Part shown: positions 1 to 9,704 of the stretch, in pieces
Position numbering within the stretch: position 1 is the first letter of the stretch
Layout of the letters: each line of letters opens with the position of its first letter
From: Tagaea sp.
GTDB lineage: Bacteria > Pseudomonadota > Alphaproteobacteria > CACIAM-22H2
Direction: 5' to 3'
Length of the DNA stretch: 64,000 nucleotides
NCBI GenBank assembly: GCA_965279525.1
Contig: CBDIIB010000004.1
Span: forward strand, 1,216,001-1,280,000
Made by a program: the position numbers and the translations under genes
Notes under the pieces: model-generated
What the model was told of the DNA's origin: nothing
Seen by the model: the letters and a program-made list of their open reading frames with translations, nothing else
Databases searched by the model: none

Positions 1-191
1 TCGGCGCCGATCGCGTCGATGGCGGGGGCAAGGCCCGCCGGTACGAGCCCGTGCGCGGCCTGTGCGCGCGCCAATGCCGCTTCGACGCGCAGCATGCAGG
101 CGATCGTGGCGCGGTCGGCGAAGACCGCGGCCATCTGCGGTGCGGCGAACAGCCGTCCGAAGAGCTGCGAGTCGAGCGGGGAAAACGCCAT
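1..191 (-). CDS. pcaB: 3-carboxy-cis,cis-muconate cycloisomerase, N-terminal part (runs off window edge)
   Basis: Not in the ORF track. Read manually from ATG at 191: MAFSPLDSQLFGRLFAAPQMAAVFADRATIACMLRVEAALARAQA, a typical PcaB/fumarase-superfamily N-terminus. Lies directly downstream of pcaG. Confidence 0.85.
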   Translation of the reverse strand, partial: MAFSPLDSQLFGRLFAAPQMAAVFADRATIACMLRVEAALARAQAAHGLVPAGLAPAIDAIGA

Positions 192-198
192 CGCCGGA

Positions 199-780
199 TC
201 AGGCCTCGAAGAAGGCCGTCTCTCCGGCCCCCTGCAGGCGGATGTCAAAACGGTAGACGCCGCCTGCAACCGCCGGGGCGACGAGCGTGGCGCGCGCGTC
301 GGCCGGCACCAGTGCGAGGACCGGGTCGACGGCGTTCGCCGCCGTCTCGTCGGCGAAATAGATGCGCGTGTGCAGGCGGTTCAGCAGGCCGCGCCCGAAG
401 ACGCCGACATTGATGTGCGGCGCCTGCGTGCGTCCGCCCGGGCCCGGGACCGGACCCGGCTTGACGGTCGCGAACGCGAAGCGGCCCTCCTTGTCGGTCA
501 TGATCCGCGCGAAACCGCCGAAGCCGGCATTGCGCGCGCGCGGATCGGCCGGGTGCGCATAGCGCCCCTGCCCGTCCGCCTGCCAGATTTCGAGGAAGGC
601 GTCGGCGACCGGTGCCCCGTCGCCGTCGAGGATCGTTCCCTCGACGCGGATCGGCGTGCCCGCTGCAGGGTCGGCGATGTCGGTCGCAAAAATCTCGCCA
701 AAGCCGTAGTCGCGCGGCGTCAGGCAATAGTGGAAGAAGGGTCCGACCGTCTGCGACGGCGTGATGCCATGCTCAGCCAT
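199..780 (-). CDS. pcaG: protocatechuate 3,4-dioxygenase alpha subunit
   Basis: TPSQTVGPFFH, EIWQAD..GRY, QAPHINV, TRIYF and YRFDIRLQG motifs. Overlaps pcaH. Confidence 0.95.
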   Translation of the reverse strand: MAEHGITPSQTVGPFFHYCLTPRDYGFGEIFATDIADPAAGTPIRVEGTILDGDGAPVADAFLEIWQADGQGRYAHPADPRARNAGFGGFARIMTDKEGRFAFATVKPGPVPGPGGRTQAPHINVGVFGRGLLNRLHTRIYFADETAANAVDPVLALVPADARATLVAPAVAGGVYRFDIRLQGAGETAFFEA

Positions 781-1480
781 GCGCGGCCTCCGTCGGCGTC
801 GCCTCGCGGCCGCGAAGGACGATGTCCCAGCGATAGCCGAGCGCCCATTCGGGCTTGGTCGTGTCGAGATCGAAGCGGGCGACCATGCGCAGGCGCGCCT
901 TCTCGTCGCGTACGGCGTTCATCAGCGGATCGAGCGCGTGCAGCGGGTCGCCGGGGAAATACATCTGGGTCACGAGGCGCGACAGGAACGACGTGCCGAA
1001 CAGCGAGAAATGGATGTGCGCCGGCCGCCAGGCGTTGGCGTGGTTGCGCCACGGATAGGCGCCGGGCCGGATCGTCGTGAAGCTGTAGCGGCCCTCGGCA
1101 TCCGTCACCACGCGACCGGCACCGAAGAAATTGGGATCGAGCGGGGCCGGATGCTGGTCGGCGACATGCACGTAGCGGCCGGCGGCGTTCGCCTGCCAGA
1201 CCTCGACCAGCGTGTCGGGCACCGGCCGGCCGGCCTCGTCGAGGACGCGGCCCGCGACGATGATGCGCTCGCCCTGCGCGCCGCCGTCCGGTCCCTTCGT
1301 CAGGTCGGCATCGTCGGCAGCGATACGGTCGCGCCCGTAGAGCGGGCCGGTCAGTTCCGACAGCGTCGCCGGGATCGGCACGAGCGGCCGGAGCGGCGCC
1401 CGGCGGGCCGTGCTGCGATATTCGGCCGAAAGCGACGGAGCGTGGGTCGCCAGGCTTTCCTTCGGATAGATCGATGTCAT
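773..1480 (-). CDS. pcaH: protocatechuate 3,4-dioxygenase beta subunit
   Basis: WQANAAGRY, PGAYPW and RPAHIH carry the Tyr/Tyr/His/His iron ligands of intradiol dioxygenases. Confidence 0.95.
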   Translation of the reverse strand: MTSIYPKESLATHAPSLSAEYRSTARRAPLRPLVPIPATLSELTGPLYGRDRIAADDADLTKGPDGGAQGERIIVAGRVLDEAGRPVPDTLVEVWQANAAGRYVHVADQHPAPLDPNFFGAGRVVTDAEGRYSFTTIRPGAYPWRNHANAWRPAHIHFSLFGTSFLSRLVTQMYFPGDPLHALDPLMNAVRDEKARLRMVARFDLDTTKPEWALGYRWDIVLRGREATPTEAAHG

Positions 1481-1544
1481 GGAAGCCCTCCTCCGAGCCC
1501 GTCCCGGGTCGAGCTTACCTAATTCGGCCGCCGGAGGGATAGCG

Positions 1545-2624
1545 TCAGGCGCGCGGAACGAGCGAAACGCCGATGCGCGTCAGGCCGAGCCATGCCTCTG
1601 AGCCCGGCGGCTTGGGCTCGGACACGTTCTTGTCGACGACGAAGAGTTCGCCGACCGACGTCATGACCGTGTACTCCATATGCGTGCCCAGATAGGCCGC
1701 CTTGGCGATCTTGCCGGGCAGCGCCGGCCCGCCGGTCGGCGACAGCGTGAGCGCCAGCGCTTCGGGACGAATGGCGACCTTCGCCGGACCCGGCGTGAGG
1801 TTCCGCGCCGGCAGCTGGAGCGACACGTCGCCCACGCGCGCGGTCGCCATGCCGTCGGCGATCTTCTCGACCGTCGCCTCGACGATGTTCGAATCGCCCA
1901 TGAAGTCGGCGACGAACAGGCTGACCGGGGATTCGTAGAGTTCGCGGGGCGAGCCGGCCTGGGCGATCTTGGCGTTCGACATGACGATCACGCGGTCGGA
2001 CACGGCCAGCGCTTCCTGCTGGTCGTGTGTCACATAGACGACCGTCAGGTTCAGGTCGCGCTGGAGATCGCGGATGTCCTCGCGCACGCGCCGGCGCAGC
2101 TTGGCATCGAGGTTGGACAGCGGCTCGTCGAACAGCAGCACCTGCGGCTCGAGCGTCAGCGCGCGCGCGACGGCCACGCGCTGCTGCTGGCCGCCGGACA
2201 GTTCGGACGGCAGGCGTTCGTCGTACCCCTTGAGGCCGACGAGTTCGAGCTTCTCGCGCGCCATCTCGCGCGCCTTCTCTTTGGGCTGGCCCTGCACGCT
2301 GGGACCGTAGGCGACGTTGTCGATGACGTTCATGTGCGGGAACAGCGCATAGGACTGGAACACCATCGACACGTCGCGGTCGGCCGCCGACAGGCGCGTG
2401 ACGTCGGTGCCGCCGATCAGGATCTGGCCCTCGGTCGCGATCTCGAGGCCGGCGACGAGCCGCAGCGTGGTCGTCTTGCCGCAGCCCGACGGGCCCAGCA
2501 GCGTGACCAGCGTTCCCGGCTCGACCTTGAACGAAACGTCGTCGACTGCGGCGACCGTGCCGTAGCGCTTGATGACGTTACGGAATTCGACCGAAGCCGG
2601 TCCCTTCTTGAAACTCTTGGTCAT
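1545..2624 (-). CDS. ABC transporter ATP-binding protein (AfuC/FbpC/PotA-like)
   Basis: Walker A GPSGCGKT, signature LSGGQQQR, LLFDEP, C-terminal TOBE-like region. Start re-picked at MTKSF (2624). Confidence 0.9.
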   Translation of the reverse strand: MTKSFKKGPASVEFRNVIKRYGTVAAVDDVSFKVEPGTLVTLLGPSGCGKTTTLRLVAGLEIATEGQILIGGTDVTRLSAADRDVSMVFQSYALFPHMNVIDNVAYGPSVQGQPKEKAREMAREKLELVGLKGYDERLPSELSGGQQQRVAVARALTLEPQVLLFDEPLSNLDAKLRRRVREDIRDLQRDLNLTVVYVTHDQQEALAVSDRVIVMSNAKIAQAGSPRELYESPVSLFVADFMGDSNIVEATVEKIADGMATARVGDVSLQLPARNLTPGPAKVAIRPEALALTLSPTGGPALPGKIAKAAYLGTHMEYTVMTSVGELFVVDKNVSEPKPPGSEAWLGLTRIGVSLVPRA

Positions 2625-2631
2625 GGCACCC

Positions 2632-4824
2632 TCAATGGCCGCCGAAGGCCGCGACCTGCTGGCCGCGGCGGCCGAGCTGGCGCTTGCCGACGGCAAGCTG
2701 GATCAGGACGATGGCGAGCGCCATCACGAGAATGAGGACGCTCGAATAGGCGATCGCGAGCGCGAACTCGCCGGCTTCGACCCGGCCGACGATATAGCCC
2801 GTCGCCATGTTGTGGCGCGCACTCGTCAGGAAGATGACCGCGGAGACCGCCGTCATCGCATGGACGAAGCTGAACACGAGCGTGGCCACGATCGCCGGAC
2901 GCAGCAGCGGCATCACGACGCGCCACACGGTCTGGCCGGTGCGCGCACCCAGCGTCAGCGACGCCTCGTCGAGGCTCTTGTCGATCTGGGCGAGGGCCGC
3001 CATGCCCGCGCGCACGCCGACCGGCATGTTGCGGAAGACGAAGCAGATCACGAGGATGAGCCCCGTGCCGGTCATCTCGATCGGCGGCACGTTGAAGGCG
3101 AGGATGTACGACACGCCGACGACCGTGCCCGGGATCGCGAAGGACAGCATCGTCATGAACTCGAACGTCCGCTGGCCGGCGAAGCGCTGGCGGGCCAGCA
3201 GATAGGCGACGAGCAGGCCGAGGGCCGCCGTCAGCGGGGCGGAAATCGCCGAGACCTGCAGCGTGGTCGACAGCGAATCCCACGCCGAGCCCGAGAAGAA
3301 CAGGCCGCGGTCGATCTGCTCGATCCGGAAGGCGTCGAGATAATGGCGCCACGTGAAAGTCAGGTCGAAACGGCCGATATCGTGCACGAAGCCGCCGAAG
3401 ATCACGATGGCGTAGGTCACGACCGTGAAGAAGGCCCACGGGATCGTCGTCCAGTAGAGGATCCGGCGCAGCGTGACGGGGAGTTCGGCGGCAAGGCCCG
3501 AATCGCCCTTGCCCGTCACCGTCACGTAGCTCTGCTTGCCGAGCCAGCGCATCTGGACCCAGAAGGCGCCAAGCGTCAGCCCGAGCAGCAGGATCGCCAG
3601 CATCGCGGCGCGCCCCGGATCGTGCTGCGCACCGACGATGGCGAAGAAGATCTTGGTCGACAGCACGTCGAAATTCCCGCCGAGGACGAGGGGATTGCCG
3701 AAGTCGGAGAGGCTTTCGACGAAGCCGAGAAGGAACGCGGCGGCGAGGCCCGGCCGCAACAGCGGCCAGGTCACCGTGCGAAACGTCTGCCAGCGCGAGG
3801 CGCCCAACGTCTGCGAGGCTTCCTCCAGCGACGGGCTGATGCCCTCGACGACGCCGATCATGACGAGGAAGGCGATCGGGATCTGCGACAGGAGCTGCGA
3901 CAGCAGCACGCCCGGCAGACCGTAGACCCAGCGGGCCGGCGGAATGCCGAACGCGTATTCAAGGAACCAGGTGACGATGCCCGTCCGCCCGAACAGCACG
4001 ACGATGGCGAGCGAGATCACGAAGGGCGGCGTGATGATCGGCAGGATCGTCAGGGCACGCATCATCTTGCGATAGGGCATCTGGGTGCGCACCACGACGA
4101 GCGCGAAGGCGAGGCCCAGCAGCGTCGAGATCACGCCGGTCAGCGTGCCGAGCAGCACGGTGTTGAACATCACGCCGCAGCGCTGTCCGCCGGCGAGGCA
4201 GTCGAGGCTCCAGATGTCGTCGGCAAGCAGGCGGCGCACGAACAGGTCCAGCGCCAGGTGGCCTTCCTCGTCGGTGACGGCGCCGGCAAGCATCGTGGCG
4301 ATCGGGTAGAAGACGAAAGCGAGGATCAGCGCGCTGGAAATCACGACGCCACCCGCCACGAACGCGTCACCGCGGAACTGGCCGAGTGCCGCGATGCCCA
4401 GCGCCACCCAGACGAGGAACGCCGAAAGGATGAGTGTCGCACCCCAGCCGAAGCCGAACTGCTGGGTGTCGACCTCGCCGAAGATGGCGACGAGCCATTT
4501 CCAGCCGAGCCCCTGCAGGCCGATCGCGAAGCCCTGGGCGAGCGTGAAGACGATGCCGGCAACACCGGCGGCGATCAGCGTGCGGCCGAAGCGCGTGTCC
4601 GCCCGGTCGAAGAAGAGCGAAGCCCCGCCCGCGAGGATCGGGACAAGCACCGCCCACAGCCACGGGCGGTCGGAGAGCGCGTAGAAGAATCCGGAGGCGG
4701 TGCGTTCGTCGGGATAGACCGCGAGCCACTCGAACGCGAAGAACCCTTCCTCCTGCAATTGCCACGGGATCAGGAAGAATGCGGCGGCCGCAAGGATGAA
4801 CCACAACCCGACAAGCCGCCGCAT
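2632..4824 (-). CDS. ABC transporter permease with two fused TM domains (AfuB/FbpB-like)
   Basis: 730 aa hydrophobic protein with two EAA loops (EEASQTLGA, DEASLTLGA). Confidence 0.9.
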   Translation of the reverse strand: MRRLVGLWFILAAAAFFLIPWQLQEEGFFAFEWLAVYPDERTASGFFYALSDRPWLWAVLVPILAGGASLFFDRADTRFGRTLIAAGVAGIVFTLAQGFAIGLQGLGWKWLVAIFGEVDTQQFGFGWGATLILSAFLVWVALGIAALGQFRGDAFVAGGVVISSALILAFVFYPIATMLAGAVTDEEGHLALDLFVRRLLADDIWSLDCLAGGQRCGVMFNTVLLGTLTGVISTLLGLAFALVVVRTQMPYRKMMRALTILPIITPPFVISLAIVVLFGRTGIVTWFLEYAFGIPPARWVYGLPGVLLSQLLSQIPIAFLVMIGVVEGISPSLEEASQTLGASRWQTFRTVTWPLLRPGLAAAFLLGFVESLSDFGNPLVLGGNFDVLSTKIFFAIVGAQHDPGRAAMLAILLLGLTLGAFWVQMRWLGKQSYVTVTGKGDSGLAAELPVTLRRILYWTTIPWAFFTVVTYAIVIFGGFVHDIGRFDLTFTWRHYLDAFRIEQIDRGLFFSGSAWDSLSTTLQVSAISAPLTAALGLLVAYLLARQRFAGQRTFEFMTMLSFAIPGTVVGVSYILAFNVPPIEMTGTGLILVICFVFRNMPVGVRAGMAALAQIDKSLDEASLTLGARTGQTVWRVVMPLLRPAIVATLVFSFVHAMTAVSAVIFLTSARHNMATGYIVGRVEAGEFALAIAYSSVLILVMALAIVLIQLAVGKRQLGRRGQQVAAFGGH

Positions 4825-4846
4825 CGACGTTAGACCCCGTTCTTAT

Positions 4847-4883
4847 GGAATGCGCGGCGGCTCAGGAGCCGCTGCGCACTTCC
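4847..4883 (-). terminator. GC-rich stem-loop spanning the stop codon of the binding-protein gene
   Basis: GGAATGCGCGGCGGCTC / GAGCCGCTGCGCACTTCC imperfect inverted repeat, no U-tract. Confidence 0.45.
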
Positions 4884-5887
4884 TTGCCCCAACGCTGCAG
4901 CAGACGCTCGCGCTCGGCCGAACCGCCGAAGCGCTGGAAGTCGTACTGGATGAGCGTGATGTCCTGCATTTTCGGTGCCGCGGCCGGGATCACCGAGTTC
5001 TTGTTCGACGGGATCTGGAAGGAGTTGGCCTTTTCGCCCAGCGCCTGGGTGGCCGGCGTCAGCGCCCAGTCGTAGAACTTCTTCGCGTTGGCGAGATTGC
5101 GCGTGCCCTTGATGATCGACATCGAGCCGATCTCGTAGCCAGTGCCTTCGCAAGGCGCCACGATCTTGACCGGTGCGCCGGCCAGGACCTGCGTGACCGC
5201 ATCGTGCAGGAACGTGATGCCGATCAGCGATTCGCCGGTCGCTGCCGAACGGGCCGGTGCGGCACCCGAGCGGGTGTACTGGTTGACGTTGCGGTGGAGC
5301 GCCTTCATGAAGTCGAACGCCTGCTCCTCGCCGAACATCTGCACGAACGTCGCGAGCATCGTATAGGACGTGCCCGACGAGTTCGGATCGGCGACCTGGA
5401 CTTCGCCCTTGTAGGCCGGGTTCGTCAGGTCGCGCCAGCACTTGGGCTCGGGCAGGCCCTTCTGGGCGAGCGTGCGCGTGTTGAACGAATAGCCGAGCGC
5501 GCCCGAGTAGATGCCGACGGTGCGGAACTTCGAGAGTTCGGCCTGACGCACGGCCCAGTCGTAGAGGTCCTTCATCATCGGCGACTTGTATTCGACCGTC
5601 AGGTTCTCTTCGGCGGCCTGCAGATGCGGATCACCCGTCCCGCCCCACCACACGTCGCCGCGGGGGTTCTGGCGCTCGGCCTTGATCTGGGCGAACGTCT
5701 CGCCCGACGACTTGCGGGTCATGTTGACCTTGATGCCGGTCTGGCGCTCGAACTCGGTCGCCATCGGACGGCACCACTCTTCCTGCACCGAGCAGTAGAG
5801 CGACAGCTGGCCTTGAGCCGCGGCAGGCTGGACGAAAGCGATCGACGCGGCCGCGAGGGCCAAGCCGAAAATGGGGCGTGCGTTCAT
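4862..5887 (-). CDS. ABC transporter substrate-binding protein (AfuA-like, sugar-phosphate type)
   Basis: Signal peptide; YCS, KSSGE, WGGTGDPH, PNSSGT, FLHD and CEGTGYE motifs. Start MNARP at 5887 after a GGAGG RBS. Confidence 0.85.
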   Translation of the reverse strand: MNARPIFGLALAAASIAFVQPAAAQGQLSLYCSVQEEWCRPMATEFERQTGIKVNMTRKSSGETFAQIKAERQNPRGDVWWGGTGDPHLQAAEENLTVEYKSPMMKDLYDWAVRQAELSKFRTVGIYSGALGYSFNTRTLAQKGLPEPKCWRDLTNPAYKGEVQVADPNSSGTSYTMLATFVQMFGEEQAFDFMKALHRNVNQYTRSGAAPARSAATGESLIGITFLHDAVTQVLAGAPVKIVAPCEGTGYEIGSMSIIKGTRNLANAKKFYDWALTPATQALGEKANSFQIPSNKNSVIPAAAPKMQDITLIQYDFQRFGGSAERERLLQRWGKEVRSGS

Positions 5888-5935
5888 TGTGGGGGCCTCC
5901 CTAATTTTGCCGCGACGACTATCGCGGACATTCTT

Positions 5936-5950
5936 GGAATATTTGTTGCA
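5936..5950. promoter_or_regulatory. putative IolR operator
   Basis: GGAATATTTGTTGCA differs at 2 positions from the Caulobacter IolR motif GGAANATNCGTTCCA (motif recalled). Lies in the AT-rich gap upstream of the AfuA-like gene. Confidence 0.5.
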
Positions 5951-6005
5951 GTTTGATGACCATACGGGCCGAAAGTCAACCATTCAGGGCCCGCCCGGAC
6001 GACGT

Positions 6006-6788
6006 TCAGTCGTAAGCACCCATCACGTGCTGGTCGAAGTCGATCACCGAGCCGGTCATCATTTCTCCGGCGTCGGACAACAGGTGGATGACCAGCGTCG
6101 ACACGTCGTCGGGCTTCAGGATCCGCCCGAAGGGCTGGTTCGGCTCGGCCTTCTCCAGCCAGTCCGCCGGGCGGCCGTCGCGGGCCTGGATCGCGTGTTC
6201 GCCGGGCGTTTCCATCCAGCCGATATTGACGCCGTTGACGCGGATGCGGTCGGCGCGGACCGCATGCGCCACGTTCTTCGTCAGGACCGCGAGCGCGCCC
6301 TTGGAGGCCGAATAGGCCGTCAGGAAGGGTTGCCCACCATGCGAGGACCGGGTGATGATGTTGACGATGCTGCCCCCGCCGCCGCGCGTCTTGGCATGGC
6401 GCACGAACTCCTGCGTCAGGATGAAGGGGGCGCGCGCGTTGACCGCGAACAGGCGGTCCCACAGTTCGACGCTGGTGTTCTCGATCGTGCCGCGGTCGGT
6501 CAGCGCACCCGAATTTACCAGCCCGTCGACGCGCCCGAATTTCGCCACCGCCTTGGCGAACACGCCGCGCACCTGCGCCTCGTCGCCAAGTTCGGCCGCC
6601 ACGAAAAGCGTCGGGCAGCCGGCAGCCGAGATCGACGCCGCGACCTTCTCGCCGCGCGCGGCATTGCGCCCGGTGATGCACACGCCCTTGGCGCCGCCCG
6701 CGGCGGCGTCGCGCGCGATCGTCTCGCCCAGGCCTTGCGTTGCACCGGTGACGACGACGACCTTCCCGTCCAAGCGCGTGCTTCTCAT
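6006..6788 (-). CDS. short-chain dehydrogenase/reductase (inositol cluster-associated)
   Basis: TGATQGLG Rossmann motif and YSASK catalytic motif. 4-bp overlap with iolG. Confidence 0.9.
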   Translation of the reverse strand: MRSTRLDGKVVVVTGATQGLGETIARDAAAGGAKGVCITGRNAARGEKVAASISAAGCPTLFVAAELGDEAQVRGVFAKAVAKFGRVDGLVNSGALTDRGTIENTSVELWDRLFAVNARAPFILTQEFVRHAKTRGGGGSIVNIITRSSHGGQPFLTAYSASKGALAVLTKNVAHAVRADRIRVNGVNIGWMETPGEHAIQARDGRPADWLEKAEPNQPFGRILKPDDVSTLVIHLLSDAGEMMTGSVIDFDQHVMGAYD

Positions 6789-7777
6789 TTTCCCACCTTC
6801 ACGGTCTTGCCGGTGCGAAGCGACTTGAGCGCGGCTTCCGCGAGCACCAGCGCCTGGCGGCCGTCGGCAGCACCCACCGGCATCTTCTTCTTGGCCGAAA
6901 GGGCCGCAAGGAACGCCGCCAGTTCGTGGCGATAGGCCTCGGCATAGCGCTCGAGGAAGAAATAGAGCGGCTTGTCCGAGGACACGCTCGTGGCGTCCGC
7001 CTTCTCGACGGTCGTGGCCGTGTGGTTGCCCGCCATCAGGCGGCCCTTCGCGCCGTGCACCTCGATGCGCTGGTCGTAGCCATAGCTTGCGCGCCGGCTG
7101 TTGTTAATGTGCGCGAGCTTGCCCGACTTCGTGCGCAGCAGGACCATGACGCTGTCGGTGTCGCCGACCTTGCCGACCGCCGGATCGACGAGGGCCGAGC
7201 CCATGGCGCTGACCTCGACCGGTTCCTCGCCCAGCAGCCAGCGCACCATGTCGAAATCGTGGATCGTCATGTCGCGGAACTGGCCGCCCGAGACCTTGAG
7301 GTACGACACCGGCGGAAGGCCGGGGTCGCGGCTCGACACGATCACCTGCTCCACGGCGCCGATCTCGCCGGCACGCAGGCGGGCCTGGAGTGCCGCGAAC
7401 GACGGATCGAAGCGCCGGTTGAAGCCGACGAACATCGGCACCTTGGCCGCCGAGACGACCTTCAGGCACGAATCGACGCGCGCGAGCGACAGGTCGATGG
7501 GCTTTTCGCAGAAGATTGCCTTGCCGGCCCGGGCTGCAAGGATGCACAGGTCGGCATGCGTGTCGGTCGACGAGGCGATGACGACCGCGCCGACCTTCGG
7601 ATCGGCAAGGGCCGTCCGGGTGTCGACGACCTTGGCGCCGTAGCGGCCCGCCAGATCCTCGGCCGATTCGCGATGCGTATCGATCACGTAACGAAGTTTG
7701 GCGCTTCCACTGGCGGCCAGATTTGCGGCATGAATGCGGCCGATACGGCCAGCCCCGAACTGCGCGATCTCGATCAT
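6785..7777 (-). CDS. iolG: myo-inositol 2-dehydrogenase
   Basis: GAGRIG, CEKP, GFNRRFD, SGGQFRDMTIHDFD and YGYDQRIE motifs. Start MIEIAQF at 7777. Confidence 0.92.
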   Translation of the reverse strand: MIEIAQFGAGRIGRIHAANLAASGSAKLRYVIDTHRESAEDLAGRYGAKVVDTRTALADPKVGAVVIASSTDTHADLCILAARAGKAIFCEKPIDLSLARVDSCLKVVSAAKVPMFVGFNRRFDPSFAALQARLRAGEIGAVEQVIVSSRDPGLPPVSYLKVSGGQFRDMTIHDFDMVRWLLGEEPVEVSAMGSALVDPAVGKVGDTDSVMVLLRTKSGKLAHINNSRRASYGYDQRIEVHGAKGRLMAGNHTATTVEKADATSVSSDKPLYFFLERYAEAYRHELAAFLAALSAKKKMPVGAADGRQALVLAEAALKSLRTGKTVKVGK

Positions 7778-7868
7778 GGGTTTCCTCTTGGACTTCTTGG
7801 CGGCGACAACATAAGCCCGTATTGTCACAGTTATGTAACAAAAAAGTGTCAGGGAAAGAACCGTCCAG
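7778..7868. promoter_or_regulatory. divergent iolG/iolD promoter region
   Basis: AT-rich 91-bp gap containing the near-palindrome GTTATGTAAC (7830-7839) and a weak IolR-like GGAA-N6-GTCCA (7853-7867). Confidence 0.45.
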
Positions 7869-9701
7869 ATGGGCATACGTCTTACAATGGCAGAAGCACT
7901 CGTCCGCTTCCTCGCCGCGCAGTCGATCGAGACCGACGGCCGCCGCGAGAAGCTTTTTGCCGGGGTCTTCGCGATATTCGGCCACGGCAATGTCGCGGGA
8001 ATTGGCCCCGCTCTGCATGCCCATCGCGCCGAGCTTCCGACGCTACGCGCCCACAACGAACAGGCCATGGCGCTTGCCGCCGTCGCCTTCGCCAAGACCC
8101 ATGCCCGCCGCCGCATGATGGCCTGCACCACGTCGATCGGTCCGGGGGCCACGAACATGGTCACGGCCGCGGCCGTGGCCCACGTCAACCGTCTGCCGGT
8201 GCTGTTCCTGCCAGGCGACACGTTTGCCGACCGCCGGCCCGACCCGGTCCTGCAGCAGGTCGAGAATTTCGGCGACCCGACCATTACGGCCAACGACTGC
8301 TTCCGCCCGGTCTCGCGCTACTGGGACCGCCTGACACGGCCCGAGCAGCTGTTGACCAGCCTGCCGGCAGCGCTGCGCGTGCTTCTCGACCCGGTCGATT
8401 GCGGCCCCGCCACGCTGGCCCTGCCGCAGGACGTGCAGGCGATGAGCCACGACTATCCGGCCGAGTTCTTCGCACCCCGCGTGCACAGGATCCGCCGGCC
8501 GGCCGCCGAACCGGATGTCGTGCGCGAAGTCGCGGCACTGCTGCGTACCAGCCGCCGGCCGATGATCGTCGTGGGCGGCGGGGTAAAATACGCGCTGGCC
8601 GAAAAGGCGCTCGCCGACTTCGCGGGCAAGCACGGCATCCCTTGCGCGGAAACACAGGCCGGCAAGGGTGCGTTGGCGTGGGACAACCCGGCCAATCTCG
8701 GCGCACTCGGCGTCACCGGCACCAAGGCCGCCAACGAAGCGGCCGCCCGCGCCGACGTGGTGCTGGCGATCGGGACCCGGCTTGCCGACTTCCCCACCGC
8801 CTCGCGCACGATCTTCGCCGACCCGAAGGTCCGCCTCGTGCAGGTCAATGTCGGCGCGTTCGACGCGCACAAGCACGGCGCCCTGCCCTTCGTCGCCGAC
8901 GCGCGCGAAGCGCTCAGCGCACTCGAGTCCAGGCTCGGCCGCTGGAAGGCGTCCGCCGCATGGACGTCCGCCGGCACGCGCGGTGCCCGCGCCTGGGCCC
9001 GCGACGTCAGGCGCATCACGGCACCGCGGCCCGGCCGCCCCGACGACGCGCAGGTGCTCGGAGTCGTCAACCGCTTCGCCGCGAAACGGCCGCACGTGCT
9101 CCTGTGCGCGGCCGGCGGCCTACCGGGGGAACTGCACAAGCTCTGGCAGGCGACCGACAGCGCCTCCTATCACCTCGAATACGGCTATTCGTGCATGGGC
9201 TACGAGATCGCCGGCGGTCTCGGCGCCAAGCTCGCCGCGCCGCGCCGCGACGTCTACGTGATGGTCGGCGACGGCTCGTACCTGATGATGAATTCCGAGA
9301 TTGCCACGTCGGTGGCGCTCGGCGTGAAGCTCGTCATCGTCGTGCTCGACAATCGCGGCTTCGGCTGCATCGAACGGCTTCAGCGCGCGACCGGGGGTGC
9401 TTCGTTCAACAACCGGCTGGCCAGCGAACATCCGCCGGTCGATTTCGCGGCCCACGCAGCATCGCTCGGCGCGCAGGCCGAGAAGGTCGGCTCGCTCGCC
9501 GAACTCGAGCCGGCGCTCGCCCGCGCGCGCGCGGCAAGGAAAACGGCGGTTGTCGTCATCGACACCGACGGGCGCGATTCGACCGGCCTTGGCGGAGCAT
9601 GGTGGGACGTCCCGGTGTCGGACGCCGCGCGCACCGCGTCGGGTCGGGCGACACGCCAGAAATACGAACGCGCACGCGCGCGACAGAAACAAGGAGCCTG
9701 A
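7869..9701 (+). CDS. iolD: 3D-(3,5/4)-trihydroxycyclohexane-1,2-dione acylhydrolase (decyclizing), ThDP-dependent
   Basis: AIFGHGNVAG, HNEQAMA, TSIGPGATN, EYGYSCMGYE and GDGSYLM motifs. Confidence 0.95.
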   Translation: MGIRLTMAEALVRFLAAQSIETDGRREKLFAGVFAIFGHGNVAGIGPALHAHRAELPTLRAHNEQAMALAAVAFAKTHARRRMMACTTSIGPGATNMVTAAAVAHVNRLPVLFLPGDTFADRRPDPVLQQVENFGDPTITANDCFRPVSRYWDRLTRPEQLLTSLPAALRVLLDPVDCGPATLALPQDVQAMSHDYPAEFFAPRVHRIRRPAAEPDVVREVAALLRTSRRPMIVVGGGVKYALAEKALADFAGKHGIPCAETQAGKGALAWDNPANLGALGVTGTKAANEAAARADVVLAIGTRLADFPTASRTIFADPKVRLVQVNVGAFDAHKHGALPFVADAREALSALESRLGRWKASAAWTSAGTRGARAWARDVRRITAPRPGRPDDAQVLGVVNRFAAKRPHVLLCAAGGLPGELHKLWQATDSASYHLEYGYSCMGYEIAGGLGAKLAAPRRDVYVMVGDGSYLMMNSEIATSVALGVKLVIVVLDNRGFGCIERLQRATGGASFNNRLASEHPPVDFAAHAASLGAQAEKVGSLAELEPALARARAARKTAVVVIDTDGRDSTGLGGAWWDVPVSDAARTASGRATRQKYERARARQKQGA

Positions 9702-9704
9702 GAA

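Noticed and set aside
2569-4833. Long antisense ORFs here and at 41188-43380, 23825-25438 and similar
   Set aside because: Mirror frames of well-supported genes, caused by codon bias and scarcity of stops.
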